Assembly (NCBI GenBank): GCA_000999095.1
Contig: LCFP01000001.1
Span: 10,230 to 74,229, forward strand
Direction of reading: 5' to 3'
Length of the DNA: 64,000 bases
DNA from: Candidatus Gottesmanbacteria bacterium GW2011_GWA2_43_14
GTDB taxonomy: Bacteria; Patescibacteriota; Microgenomatia; 2-02-FULL-39-11
This document shows, piece after piece, positions 52,612 through 62,006 of the stretch. The notes beneath the pieces were generated by a model. It did not search any database, had not been told where the DNA came from, and saw only the letters and a program-made list of their open reading frames with translations. Positions within the stretch are counted from its first letter, which is position 1. The number at the start of each line of letters is the position of its first letter. A program made the position numbers and the translations under genes.

Positions 52612-53319
52612 ATGCAGTATACCTCGCACCGTCTGCGTTCCCAGGAAAAAAAGCTTTTCAGGAAATTCATTAAAACATTCATTCTTCTCATTGTCGGTAT
52701 CATTGCGGCCATCCAGATCGGATTGCCCTTAATGGCTAAAATTGTCGTTGCCTTTTCTTTTTTAAGGAAAGACCAGGGTACAGTTGAAGAAAAACAGGAC
52801 ACTATGCTTTTTTCACCCTCTATAAATTCCTTGCCTGAAGCCACCAATTCGGCCAGGATTATCGTCTCAGGGGCTACGGATAAAAACAGTACTGTCGTTT
52901 TAGCTCTCAACGGAGAGGAAGAGATAACCGAATCGGATAATGAAGGCCAGTTTGAAGTCAGGGGCGTCGGACTTGTAGAAGGTGAAAATAAAATTGAAGC
53001 ATATCTGCAAAAAGACGGGAAAAGAAGTTCTGCCGCTTCTGTATCCATCATTTATAAAAAGGATCCGCCGGAAATCATAATCACTGAGCCGGAAAACGGA
53101 CGGAAATTCTCGGGAGAGGATAGAATAGTAACCATCAAAGGCAATACGGAAACGGATGCCCGATTGAGCGTAAATGACCGCTATATAATTGTCGGACGTG
53201 AAGGGAATTTTGAGTATGAAATCTCATTAAACGACGGCAATAACGATTTTAAGTTCAAAGCAGTCGATATTGCCGGTAACAGCAGGGAAGTGGAATTCAA
53301 ACTTGAGTATTCCCCTTAA
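52612..53319 (+). CDS. Membrane-anchored protein with two Ig-like (Big-type) beta-sandwich repeats
   Basis: N-terminal TM, then repeats ...ITESDNEGQFEVRGVGLVEGENKIEA... and ...GREGNFEYEISLNDGNNDFKFKAVDIAGN.... Confidence 0.4.
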   Translation: MQYTSHRLRSQEKKLFRKFIKTFILLIVGIIAAIQIGLPLMAKIVVAFSFLRKDQGTVEEKQDTMLFSPSINSLPEATNSARIIVSGATDKNSTVVLALNGEEEITESDNEGQFEVRGVGLVEGENKIEAYLQKDGKRSSAASVSIIYKKDPPEIIITEPENGRKFSGEDRIVTIKGNTETDARLSVNDRYIIVGREGNFEYEISLNDGNNDFKFKAVDIAGNSREVEFKLEYSP

Positions 53320-54475
53320 CCTCTTTTTGCATCAGGGCTGACAGAATATAAAGCCAGATCAGGATATACGTATAAAAAAGCGAATTCAAAAAAAGACTGT
53401 GTACAATGACGGATATCATCATGCTTTTGCCTATTTTATTAAGCTTCCGGAAAACACTAATTAAAAATACCAGGTAAACTGCCAGACCGGTTAAGCCTGA
53501 TGAGGCAGCCACAAAAAGCAGACTGTTGTCAACCCCCCCGGCCGCATGGTTAGTCCGCCAGTCCTCGCTTGATCTTTTATCGTCCCGTATCTTGAATCTG
53601 AGAGTATTGAATCCTATGCCCAAAAAAGGTTTATCGCTGATAATTTCTACCGCCTGCTGCCAGTTATTCAGCCTTTCCCTGACCGTAAATATGCGTTCCA
53701 GTTCGACGCCGACTCCTCCGGGCCTCGGCAGTAAAAACAGGGAACCGAAAAATATTATCCCTGCCAGAAAATATTTCAGTAATCTCCGTGACAGGTAAGC
53801 CCAATATAAAATGCCGGACAGGAATGCCAGGTAGGAACTGCGGGAATAAGTAAAGGCCAGTGTTGCCAGAACAACCAGCTTAATTAATATTTGCCGGTAA
53901 AAAACCTGCTGTAAAGACAAACTGAAAAGGAAAAATAAAACAAGAATAAGTCCGAAATAATTAGGGTCAAGGATGGTGGAAAAAATCCGGAAATAATGCG
54001 GGTCCCAGCCCAGATAATATAGATTTCTTAAATCAGGATAGAGAAAATACTGGAACCACCCCAGAACAATCAGCACTATTCCGGACAAGATGATCAGCCG
54101 GGTAAAAAATTTCCGTATTGGGGGATTCATTTTAAGACTGACAAGGACAGCAGGGTATATCTGGAAATAAGCGGCGAATCTGAGAAGGTAAAGCAATGCA
54201 ATTCCTTTATCAGAGGCTGATAGGCTTAATGGAGACAAAAGCCAGCTGAGTAAGGCGATGATAACAAAAGCGGAAAAAGCTTTGAACTCAAGTCGCTGCC
54301 TGTACAATTTCACTACTTCAGACCATTTGGTTATAATCCACAAGTTCAAAATAAAAACGGCAACATCAGGCGGATAAAGGACGATTGGTCCGGGGGGGAT
54401 ATTTAATCCGAATAGGGGACCGGCTACCGCAGCAGCCAGCAGCAGGATAAAGACAGTCTTAAAAGTTTTGGACAT
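53297..54475 (-). CDS. O-antigen ligase / Wzy_C-family polytopic membrane protein
   Basis: About 10 TM helices with a YSRSSYLA motif in a periplasmic loop. Confidence 0.6.
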   Translation of the reverse strand: MSKTFKTVFILLLAAAVAGPLFGLNIPPGPIVLYPPDVAVFILNLWIITKWSEVVKLYRQRLEFKAFSAFVIIALLSWLLSPLSLSASDKGIALLYLLRFAAYFQIYPAVLVSLKMNPPIRKFFTRLIILSGIVLIVLGWFQYFLYPDLRNLYYLGWDPHYFRIFSTILDPNYFGLILVLFFLFSLSLQQVFYRQILIKLVVLATLAFTYSRSSYLAFLSGILYWAYLSRRLLKYFLAGIIFFGSLFLLPRPGGVGVELERIFTVRERLNNWQQAVEIISDKPFLGIGFNTLRFKIRDDKRSSEDWRTNHAAGGVDNSLLFVAASSGLTGLAVYLVFLISVFRKLNKIGKSMMISVIVHSLFLNSLFYTYILIWLYILSALMQKEVKGNTQV

Positions 54476-55244
54476 TTTTTAAGTTAGAAAGATAAAGTTT
54501 GCCTCTGGCCAGGAATGAATGCAGGCTCATCATGACCGCCATGATTAACCCCGGTGCTCCGTCGAGAAAACCGGCTTTCAGAATATAATTATTGAAAAAC
54601 TTGCCAGGAGGATAAAAAAGAATTTCCAAAAAACCGACTTCTTTCCCCTGCTCTTTCCAAGATTGTGCGACAATAGTCGTGTATTTATTTAATTTGCCGA
54701 TAAAACTGCCAAGCGTATCATGGGGATGATGCAATAGCGGATTCCGCAAATTTCCTGTCTGACCTTTGATACGCCAGACTTCATGTACTTTCCCCTCCCA
54801 TTGCCCGAATTCTTTTTTTCCCAAACGCAAAAAACTGATATTGCCTGTTTCACCGTAATTTAGCTTCTTTCCCAGAAAAATATCCAAACGTCTAATAAAG
54901 TAACCTTTTATCCTGTCATCATCGGACTTTAACAGATTTTTTATTTCCTCAGCCAGTTCCTGGCTGACTACTTCATCGCTGTCAACAAACAATATCCGTG
55001 AGAATTCTGCTTTGCTCAAGCCGAAATTACGCTGGGCGGAAAAGTCTCCTTTCAGTTGATGCTGATGAATTTTTATCCTGATTTTATTTTTATCCTTAAA
55101 GCGGTCAATTACTTCCAATGTTTTGTCACTGGAAAAATCGTCAATAATAACGAGCTCACTGCACCAATCCAAAGATTCCAGGCACTTACGTATTTTAGTC
55201 TCGCTGTTTTTGGCGAGAATGACTGCCGATATGTCGTTTGTCAT
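54459..55244 (-). CDS. Family-2 glycosyltransferase
   Basis: SAVILAKNSE..IDDFSSD..DSDE DXD-type GT-A motifs. Confidence 0.75.
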   Translation of the reverse strand: MTNDISAVILAKNSETKIRKCLESLDWCSELVIIDDFSSDKTLEVIDRFKDKNKIRIKIHQHQLKGDFSAQRNFGLSKAEFSRILFVDSDEVVSQELAEEIKNLLKSDDDRIKGYFIRRLDIFLGKKLNYGETGNISFLRLGKKEFGQWEGKVHEVWRIKGQTGNLRNPLLHHPHDTLGSFIGKLNKYTTIVAQSWKEQGKEVGFLEILFYPPGKFFNNYILKAGFLDGAPGLIMAVMMSLHSFLARGKLYLSNLKNVQNF

Positions 55245-56029
55245 CTTTTACTTATTTTATCCCAAATAATCTTTACCGTTAAAAGGGAAAGATACATCCA
55301 GGCGGAAAGCCTGTTCAAACCAAAATGCTTATTTACTATTTTAAAATTACTGACCAGGTTATAGTAAATCGCTTTATCTGACCAGCGGCCGATGGCTGAG
55401 CTTAATTTATGCTTTACTGTGACGTTCTGGTTGACTCCTACCCGATAGCCCGCTTTTTTTGCCCGCAGACAGTAATCAACATCTTCGAAATAAAAAAAGA
55501 AACGTTCGTCGAAAAGTCCTGTTGTTTCCAGAACCGGTCGGCTGACTATCATGCAGCAGCCGCTGACATAATCCGGGTAAAAATCCGTCTTTTCAGCAAT
55601 ATTCTTCTCCAGATGATTAGTCCGTCCGGTAAAATAATTTATGCTCCCGCCGTAGTCATAAACATCTTCGTCTTCGGCATTTTTAAAATTAACAACAGCC
55701 CCGGTGATATCAAAATCAGTCCCGGCAATTTTTTCGAAATAATCAGCGGGCAGGACGGTATCGTTATTGAGAATGAGGAAATGTGAAGTCCGCTTATCCT
55801 TTAACGCCTCCCGCAGACCGCGGTTAATGCCGGCCGCAAAACCCAGATTTTTATTGTTCCTGATCACAATTATATTTTTATATTGACTGAAGTTATCTTT
55901 CGTACCGTTGTTTACCAGAAAAACTTTTACGTTCAGCATATTTTTATCAGCACTTTTTATGGAATCAAGACATTCTGCCGTATCCTGATATTTACCGAAA
56001 TGAAGAATGATGACACTGATATTTTTCAT
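55241..56029 (-). CDS. Family-2 glycosyltransferase
   Basis: VIILHFG...NNGTKD...FYFEDVD GT-A motifs. Confidence 0.75.
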   Translation of the reverse strand: MKNISVIILHFGKYQDTAECLDSIKSADKNMLNVKVFLVNNGTKDNFSQYKNIIVIRNNKNLGFAAGINRGLREALKDKRTSHFLILNNDTVLPADYFEKIAGTDFDITGAVVNFKNAEDEDVYDYGGSINYFTGRTNHLEKNIAEKTDFYPDYVSGCCMIVSRPVLETTGLFDERFFFYFEDVDYCLRAKKAGYRVGVNQNVTVKHKLSSAIGRWSDKAIYYNLVSNFKIVNKHFGLNRLSAWMYLSLLTVKIIWDKISKR

Positions 56030-57159
56030 TATTGGCTTACAGTTTCATTGAGTAATTTTTCCAGCCTGTCTGCGGATTTTTGCCAAGTCCAATTCTCCTT
56101 TACATAATTTCTGCGGAATTCTCCGTTTTTTATTCCGGATTTCAATGCTGTTTCAATATTTTCAGCAAAGACGGCTTCATCCCTTTCTACTGCTTTACCG
56201 AGTCGGCTGTCGGTTAAAATTTCCGGTATGCCCCCTCCTCCGGTTGTCAAAACATAAAGTCCGGTTGATAACGCTTCCAGAACAACCAGGCCGAACGGTT
56301 CATTCAACGGAGCGTAGAGAAACAGTCTTGCCTGGTTATAAAGTTTTTCCAGTTTTTCATCGCTGATATTCATCTCCAGCCTCAACTTTACTCCTTTTTG
56401 TTCAGCCAGTTTTTGCAAATAAACTGTCTCGTTCCCTTCCGGTCCGGCGATAACCAGGGATGGTCTGATTTTTTCAGGTATCCGGGCTATGCAATTGATG
56501 ATGAAATCATGTCCCTTAAGAAGGGTAAAAGCCCCCACAGACAGGGCAAAATTTTCCTTCTTGATTTTTATTGGCCTGAAATTATCGGTATCGACTCCAA
56601 GACGGTTCACCGAAACTTGCCTGCCGTATATTTTTTCCAGGATTTTTTTACTATACATAGATAAAGTCACAATCTTATCTGCTTTGCGGGCATTCTCGCG
56701 GTCTATATATTTCAAAGGCAGGCGGAAAAGCAGAGTCAAATTATAAGTCAATTTATTGTTTATTCTGGGAATATGCTCATAAAATTCCCTTTTCGGTTCA
56801 GGACAGGTATATAAGGAAGGAATATTCAGGTATCTCAGGACATAGGGTGCTTGGGTCAGGTAACACGGATTAACATATGCAATATCGTAATCTCCTTTAT
56901 TTATTTTTTCAGCCATCTGTATATACGCATTTTTAAGTTCTGTGTATTTGGAAAAGACGGAATAGGGAAATTTTTCCGGATGACGGTAAGTTATTTTTTG
57001 TATTTGCTTTACAAATCCGGTTAAGGGCAAATAATTTTCATTTGTCACGCTCAAAATAAAAAGGTCCAATTCATGTTTTAATGAAAGCCTTTTTACCTGC
57101 TCGTAAAGTGCTCTTTTCTGTCCACCGGCAGGCAAATTATGAACTACGGCTATTTTCAT
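56029..57159 (-). CDS. GT-B glycosyltransferase (family 4-like)
   Basis: C-terminal EPFGLVVLEAL motif. Confidence 0.75.
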   Translation of the reverse strand: MKIAVVHNLPAGGQKRALYEQVKRLSLKHELDLFILSVTNENYLPLTGFVKQIQKITYRHPEKFPYSVFSKYTELKNAYIQMAEKINKGDYDIAYVNPCYLTQAPYVLRYLNIPSLYTCPEPKREFYEHIPRINNKLTYNLTLLFRLPLKYIDRENARKADKIVTLSMYSKKILEKIYGRQVSVNRLGVDTDNFRPIKIKKENFALSVGAFTLLKGHDFIINCIARIPEKIRPSLVIAGPEGNETVYLQKLAEQKGVKLRLEMNISDEKLEKLYNQARLFLYAPLNEPFGLVVLEALSTGLYVLTTGGGGIPEILTDSRLGKAVERDEAVFAENIETALKSGIKNGEFRRNYVKENWTWQKSADRLEKLLNETVSQ

Positions 57160-57959
57160 CTGATAAATACCTTCCGCAACCGGATAAAAAATGCGTACAT
57201 TTGTATACTCCCTTGATACATACCGTAGATGACAGCTGCCCGGAATCCGTTATAGCCGTCGAGATAACCCTGTTTCCGGTAAAAACAGCGAAAAAAATGC
57301 CTGGCTGTTTCCAAAATAATTCCAGAAAATAGTGTAACTGTCGTTCTTTCGGATTTCACTATATCGTTTCCTTCGATATTTATATAATTTTTCAAACGGA
57401 AAAATGCCAACCAGGAGCTGTATTTGCTTCTTAGAGAACTGTGGAGGATTTCAACATCTTTTATAAAGCGGGTTTTCTTCTCCGGGATTTGTATCTGTGC
57501 ATGGATTACACCGGAATATTTATAGCCTCTGTGATTGCGAAAGAGTCTTAATTGCCAATCAGGGTAAAAGTAACCATACTTCAGATAAGTCTTATCATTT
57601 ATATAATTCCGCCTTGGGAACCAATATCCATCAACATTCTTATTCTTTACCAATTCCCTAATCCTCTTCTCCGCCCCCTCCGTCAACTCCTCATCAGCAT
57701 CCAATACAAGAATCCAATTTAAATTACTTTTAGATAAAGCATAATTTCTTTGAGATGAAAAATCATTAAATTTTTTAAAATATAATTTATTCTTAAATAA
57801 TTTTAATTTTTCAATAGTAGAATCATCGGAAAATGAATCTAATATAATTAAGTTATCATAATATGTTTTATTTACTATATTTAAAATATTTTTCTCTTCG
57901 TTATGAACTATTATTATCAAATCAATATTTTTTTCATCTTTGTTAAAGGCTATTGACAT
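57156..57959 (-). CDS. Family-2 glycosyltransferase. The first ~100 codons are very AT-rich and the rest has normal GC.
   Basis: IIIVHNEE...LDADEEL GT-A motifs; composition shifts abruptly near 57660. Confidence 0.7.
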   Translation of the reverse strand: MSIAFNKDEKNIDLIIIVHNEEKNILNIVNKTYYDNLIILDSFSDDSTIEKLKLFKNKLYFKKFNDFSSQRNYALSKSNLNWILVLDADEELTEGAEKRIRELVKNKNVDGYWFPRRNYINDKTYLKYGYFYPDWQLRLFRNHRGYKYSGVIHAQIQIPEKKTRFIKDVEILHSSLRSKYSSWLAFFRLKNYINIEGNDIVKSERTTVTLFSGIILETARHFFRCFYRKQGYLDGYNGFRAAVIYGMYQGSIQMYAFFIRLRKVFIR

Positions 57960-57998
57960 TATAGTAAAAAATGGATAATTTTAAATTATTCTACTTAA

Positions 57999-60335
57999 AT
58001 GATTATTATTACAATAATCATTTTATTTATATCTCTATTATACCCAACTTATGTTGCGTCTAATTTTACTCCTGAAAATTCTCCAATTTTAACAGTTGGT
58101 TCAACATGGGATAGATCTTATGTGTATGGACCATCTGTTTTATTCGATAATAATATATATAAACTTTGGTATACTGGGTCAAATTCATATAAAGTACAGA
58201 TAGGTTATTCTTCATCAAATACATATTTAAATTTTTCACCAAATCCGTCCAGCCCATCTATTCCTTATTCTGCTTTATATTCAACTGATTATGGGGTAGA
58301 ACATCCTACTGTTATTAAAATTACTGATAATCAATATAAAATGTGGTTTCATAGAGCAAGAACAAATTTTAACACTTTTGATCTCTATTATGCAGAATCG
58401 TCTGATGGTATATTTTGGGATAATTTTACTAAATTACTTTTTACTAACGAAACAACTTGGGATCAATATAGTCAAACAGCTCCATCAGTTATCTATGATT
58501 CAAATGAAAATAAATATAAAATGTGGTATTCAGGATCAGGTTATTTTAACAGCGATCCTCAACGTTGGAGAATAGGGTATGCTTTTTCTAGTGATGGGAT
58601 TACTTGGACAAAAAATGCAAACCCTGTTTTAGATGCTGACCAAGAATGGGAAGATAAGAATAATTTAGCGGGTGTATCTAATCCTCATGTTCTAAAAATA
58701 TCTAATAAATATCATCTTTGGTATCATAGTAAAGGAAAAATTGGGTACGCACTATCTAATGATGAAATAACATGGACTAAACATTCTGAACCAATACTAT
58801 CTCCTTTAGTAGGTACATATTACAGTAAATCAGTATGGGATCCCTATGTAGTATATGATAATAATCAATATTACTTATTTTTTTCAGCAATTGGGAGTTC
58901 TGTTAATTTAGGAGTTGCTTCTGATATTTCATTACCAGATGTTATTATCCCTACTCAAACTCCGACACCGACGCTTACTCCGACACCGACTATTCCTAAA
59001 GACTCACCGATTGTCATTTTACCCGGACTGGGTGCTTCATGGAATACAAAAGATATGGTTTCCTGCGGGTTGTCCAGTTCTGCAAAATGGGTACAAACCC
59101 CTTATTATGCAAGTGTGTATGATCGTCTGTTCAAAACGTTAGAAAATAATGCCCATATGACAAGAGATAAAAATTTATTTATTTATTATTATGACTGGAG
59201 AAAACCGTTGGATGAACAAGTTATATTGTTCAGAAAATATCTTGATGATATATCCAAAAAAACAAACTCAAAGGTACGCCTGATTGGACACAGTATGGGT
59301 GGATTACTGATTAGGGGATATTTATCTGATTATCCTGGTGATGACCGTGTATACAAAGCTATGACCGTTGGTACTCCTCATACCGGTACTGTCTTAGCCT
59401 ACCCCTTATGGGCAAACGGCGATATCTGGTTTACTGAATTGGGAGTTAAAATTCCGATAACTCTTCTTTTAAACTACTGTAGATTAGTCAAAACAACATT
59501 AAATTTAACCGGTATCTCCAAGGGATTTGTAACAATTGATGTTCCGACATATAAACTGTTAAGCCAGAAAGAAACTATTCAATCCCTTGCTCCTTCAATC
59601 GAATCACTTCTGCCGGTATTTAATTATCTTCAAAAGAATGGCAATTTAATCGATTCGACTTCCCTCATATCACAAAATAATTGGCTGAAAAATCATTTAA
59701 TTGATAATAACCGCATAAAGATGATTACCGATACCATTTCAGGTAACAACAGAAATACTTTAAAAGTTCTTTCTGTGAAACCTCCGTCAAAAAAGGATTT
59801 AAAAAATAAAAATTGGGTTGACGGCGTACCTATTGCTAAAGAATTCGACAAACAGGGAGACGGAACAATCTTAAATTTGAGTAGTATTCTGCCGAATATA
59901 AATAATATGACTATTGAAGGAGATCATATTCAAATTATTTATTCGGATGAAGCATTAAATAAAATATTAGAATTTCTTGATCTTGAAGATACACCAATCT
60001 ATCAAAAAGAACCTGTACCGATTGCTGAAGCTGAAACTGCCATAGTATTAATGTCGGATAAGAATGCTGAAATCCGGGCAACAAATATGGATAAAAATAC
60101 TATAAACAGTCAGGAAAATCTGTTATCCCTTTTTAACCCTCAAACCGGAAATTATAAAATACAAATAAAAGGAGACCAAAACGATCAGACGGTTCTGCAA
60201 ACCGCCTTGCTTAACAAAGTGAGCGATACAGAGGTAGATACTTATTCCGTTAAACTCAAAAAGAATGTCTGGATGAATTATCTGCTTATATATACGCCGA
60301 ACAATCCCAATAAACTTGTTCTTGTTCCGTATTAA
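57999..60335 (+). CDS. Secreted/anchored multidomain protein: N-terminal beta-propeller-like repeats (glycoside-hydrolase/BNR-like), a PT-rich linker, and a C-terminal alpha/beta-hydrolase (lipase-like, GHSMGG)
   Basis: Repeated YK[LM]W[YF] blades; linker TQTPTPTLTPTPTIP; nucleophile elbow LIGHSMGGLL. N-terminal TM/signal. The 5' third is AT-rich. Confidence 0.5.
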   Translation: MIIITIIILFISLLYPTYVASNFTPENSPILTVGSTWDRSYVYGPSVLFDNNIYKLWYTGSNSYKVQIGYSSSNTYLNFSPNPSSPSIPYSALYSTDYGVEHPTVIKITDNQYKMWFHRARTNFNTFDLYYAESSDGIFWDNFTKLLFTNETTWDQYSQTAPSVIYDSNENKYKMWYSGSGYFNSDPQRWRIGYAFSSDGITWTKNANPVLDADQEWEDKNNLAGVSNPHVLKISNKYHLWYHSKGKIGYALSNDEITWTKHSEPILSPLVGTYYSKSVWDPYVVYDNNQYYLFFSAIGSSVNLGVASDISLPDVIIPTQTPTPTLTPTPTIPKDSPIVILPGLGASWNTKDMVSCGLSSSAKWVQTPYYASVYDRLFKTLENNAHMTRDKNLFIYYYDWRKPLDEQVILFRKYLDDISKKTNSKVRLIGHSMGGLLIRGYLSDYPGDDRVYKAMTVGTPHTGTVLAYPLWANGDIWFTELGVKIPITLLLNYCRLVKTTLNLTGISKGFVTIDVPTYKLLSQKETIQSLAPSIESLLPVFNYLQKNGNLIDSTSLISQNNWLKNHLIDNNRIKMITDTISGNNRNTLKVLSVKPPSKKDLKNKNWVDGVPIAKEFDKQGDGTILNLSSILPNINNMTIEGDHIQIIYSDEALNKILEFLDLEDTPIYQKEPVPIAEAETAIVLMSDKNAEIRATNMDKNTINSQENLLSLFNPQTGNYKIQIKGDQNDQTVLQTALLNKVSDTEVDTYSVKLKKNVWMNYLLIYTPNNPNKLVLVPY

Positions 60336-60766
60336 AGGAAATCAGTATTCTTTATAATATCCCTGTGGTCAAAGGCTAATTTTCCCGGAATTTGGTTTAA
60401 AGAAAAATATTTCAAATCAGCTGCATCATCACCGGCTAATGCCTCTCCTTCAACTTCACATTTATAGGCAATAGCAACCGCCTGACGTGGGTGGCGGTTG
60501 GGCTTGCTGAAAACTCCGATTAAACGTAGGGAAATCACTTTTAAACCTGTTTCTTCAAGGACCTCCCGGGCAACGGTTTCTTCGACAGTCTCCTCGTATT
60601 CAACCATACCTCCGGGAAGAGCCCAATATCCTTTATACGGCTCGAATCCTCTTTTTATGAGTAACAGTTGACCGTCTTTGACAATTACGGCATCGATTGA
60701 AAGCGGTCTGTTGTCATACCGTCCGCATACCTGGCATTTTTTTTCATTAAGAATTCGTCTATTCAC
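60332..60766 (-). CDS. NUDIX hydrolase with an N-terminal Cys ribbon
   Basis: Nudix box GGMVEYEETVEETVAREVLEETG; GTG start. Confidence 0.75.
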   Translation of the reverse strand: MNRRILNEKKCQVCGRYDNRPLSIDAVIVKDGQLLLIKRGFEPYKGYWALPGGMVEYEETVEETVAREVLEETGLKVISLRLIGVFSKPNRHPRQAVAIAYKCEVEGEALAGDDAADLKYFSLNQIPGKLAFDHRDIIKNTDFL

Positions 60767-60770
60767 TTTG

Positions 60771-60838
60771 TGGACCCGAGAGGATTCGAACCTCTGACCT
60801 GTCCGACGTGACGTCGGACCGCTCTACCCGAAACATCC
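60771..60838 (-). other. tRNA-Val-like 3' fragment (anticodon-arm replacement, T-arm, acceptor 3' half). It lacks a matching 5' acceptor and D arm.
   Basis: Minus-strand read GGGATGTTTCGGGTAGAGCG-GTCCGACGTCACGTCGGAC-AGGTCAGAGGTTCGAATCCTCTCGGGTCCA. The last 30 nt are identical to tRNA-Val(CAC). Confidence 0.5.
60793..60826. repeat. 34-bp direct repeat, copy 1 (contains the 19-bp near-palindrome GTCCGACGTGACGTCGGAC)
   Basis: tctgacctgtccgacgtgacgtcggaccgctcta is identical at 61185-61218. Confidence 0.8.
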
Positions 60839-60845
60839 CTTTCTG

Positions 60846-60919
60846 TGGACCCGAGAGGATTCGAACCTCTGACCTTTCGGATGTGAACCGAACGCTCTAA
60901 CCGGCTGAGCTACGGGTCC
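60846..60919 (-). tRNA. tRNA-Val (anticodon CAC)
   Basis: GGACCCGTAGCTCAGCCGGTTAGAGCG-TTCGG-TTCACAT-CCGAA-AGGTC-AGAGGTTCGAATCCTCT-CGGGTCC-A. Confidence 0.8.
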
Positions 60920-61176
60920 ATTTTGATATATTTTTCCCCGATTATTTTTTTAATAATTATTTTACTTTTCAATTTCTTCAATTTATATTCGATTTGCCTA
61001 GCTTTTGTTAAGGAATCATACTTTTGGAAATATACCAAGTCAAATGGTTTTGTTAGATTTGTATATTTTGATTCTCCAGCATTATGTTCTTCCAATCTTC
61101 TTGAAATATTACTTGTTGAACCGATATAATACCTTTTATTTTTTAATGACTGCAAAATATAAACGAATCCTGTCAT
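60910..61176 (-). CDS. Small stand-alone GIY-YIG nuclease-family protein (UPF0213/YhbQ-like). Its last 3 codons overlap the tRNA-Val 5' end.
   Basis: MTGFVYILQSLKNKRYYIGSTSNISRRLEEHN has the GIY..YIG..R..E..N catalytic pattern. 88 aa, AT-rich. Confidence 0.7.
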   Translation of the reverse strand: MTGFVYILQSLKNKRYYIGSTSNISRRLEEHNAGESKYTNLTKPFDLVYFQKYDSLTKARQIEYKLKKLKSKIIIKKIIGEKYIKMDP

Positions 61177-61184
61177 TTTTATCT

Positions 61185-61218
61185 TCTGACCTGTCCGACG
61201 TGACGTCGGACCGCTCTA
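61185..61218. repeat. 34-bp direct repeat, copy 2
   Basis: Identical to 60793-60826. Confidence 0.8.
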
Positions 61219-61239
61219 ACCGGCTGAGCTACGGGTCCA
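61185..61239 (-). other. tRNA-Val-like 5' fragment (acceptor 5', D-arm, palindromic anticodon-arm replacement) with no T-arm
   Basis: Minus-strand read GGACCCGTAGCTCAGCCGGTTAGAGCG (identical to the 5' 27 nt of tRNA-Val) followed by GTCCGACGTCACGTCGGAC-AGGTCAGA, then the GIY-YIG start codon. Confidence 0.5.
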
Positions 61240-61307
61240 ATATTTAGGCTAATTATAGCTAAATAGCTCTTGCAGTGCTACCTTGTCTTTACCTATAATA
61301 GGATGTT

Positions 61308-61988
61308 ATGAACAAGCCGAAAGTTGTCATAAATACCGAGGATAGGAAACCCCAATCGCATGTCACCGTCAACAGTGAAATTGACGAAGATGAACAAAAC
61401 GAGGTAAAGGAAGACTTTTTTCTGCTGAAACTCTTTAAATCAGGCATAAATTTTGTCTTTGATTTCCTGGAAACGATTGTTGTCGCCTTGTCTGTATTTG
61501 TAGTCGTATATCTTTTTATCATCCAGCCTCACGAAGTCAAAGGCAGCTCCATGGAGCCATCATTCCAGAATAATGAATATATTATCACCGATAAAATCAG
61601 CTACCGGTTCGGAACGCCAAAGAGGGGTGATGTGATAATTTTTAAAGCACCAGTTAACCCGGACGTGGACTATATAAAGAGAATAATCGGAGAGTCAGGT
61701 GAAACCGTCATGGTACAAAACGGCAGAATTTTCATAGATGGCAAAATCCTTAATGAACCGTATATCAATGAACTGACTCCGGTGTTTCCCGGAGGGTTTG
61801 TCAAGGAAGGTACACCCATTACTGTTCCTGAAAACTATTATTTTGTGATGGGAGATAACCGTCCGCACAGTTCGGACTCAAGGGAATTCGGACCCATCGA
61901 TAAAAAACTTATTGTAGGCAAAGCAGTCTTAAGGTACTGGCCTATCAATGAAATCGGTCTGCTTCCGGGAATTTCTTACCGTTTATAA
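61308..61988 (+). CDS. lepB: Signal peptidase I
   Basis: GSSMEPSF Ser box and GDNRPHSSDSREFG box D. Confidence 0.85.
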   Translation: MNKPKVVINTEDRKPQSHVTVNSEIDEDEQNEVKEDFFLLKLFKSGINFVFDFLETIVVALSVFVVVYLFIIQPHEVKGSSMEPSFQNNEYIITDKISYRFGTPKRGDVIIFKAPVNPDVDYIKRIIGESGETVMVQNGRIFIDGKILNEPYINELTPVFPGGFVKEGTPITVPENYYFVMGDNRPHSSDSREFGPIDKKLIVGKAVLRYWPINEIGLLPGISYRL

Positions 61989-62006
61989 TAGGGATATGAC
62001 TGAAAT

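Noticed and set aside
58950-59000. Short tandem ACTCCGACACCGACGCTT-like repeats, a possible repeat or CRISPR-like signal
   Set aside because: They encode a (PT)n interdomain linker inside the 778-aa ORF. There is no spacer/repeat array structure and no cas genes anywhere in the window.
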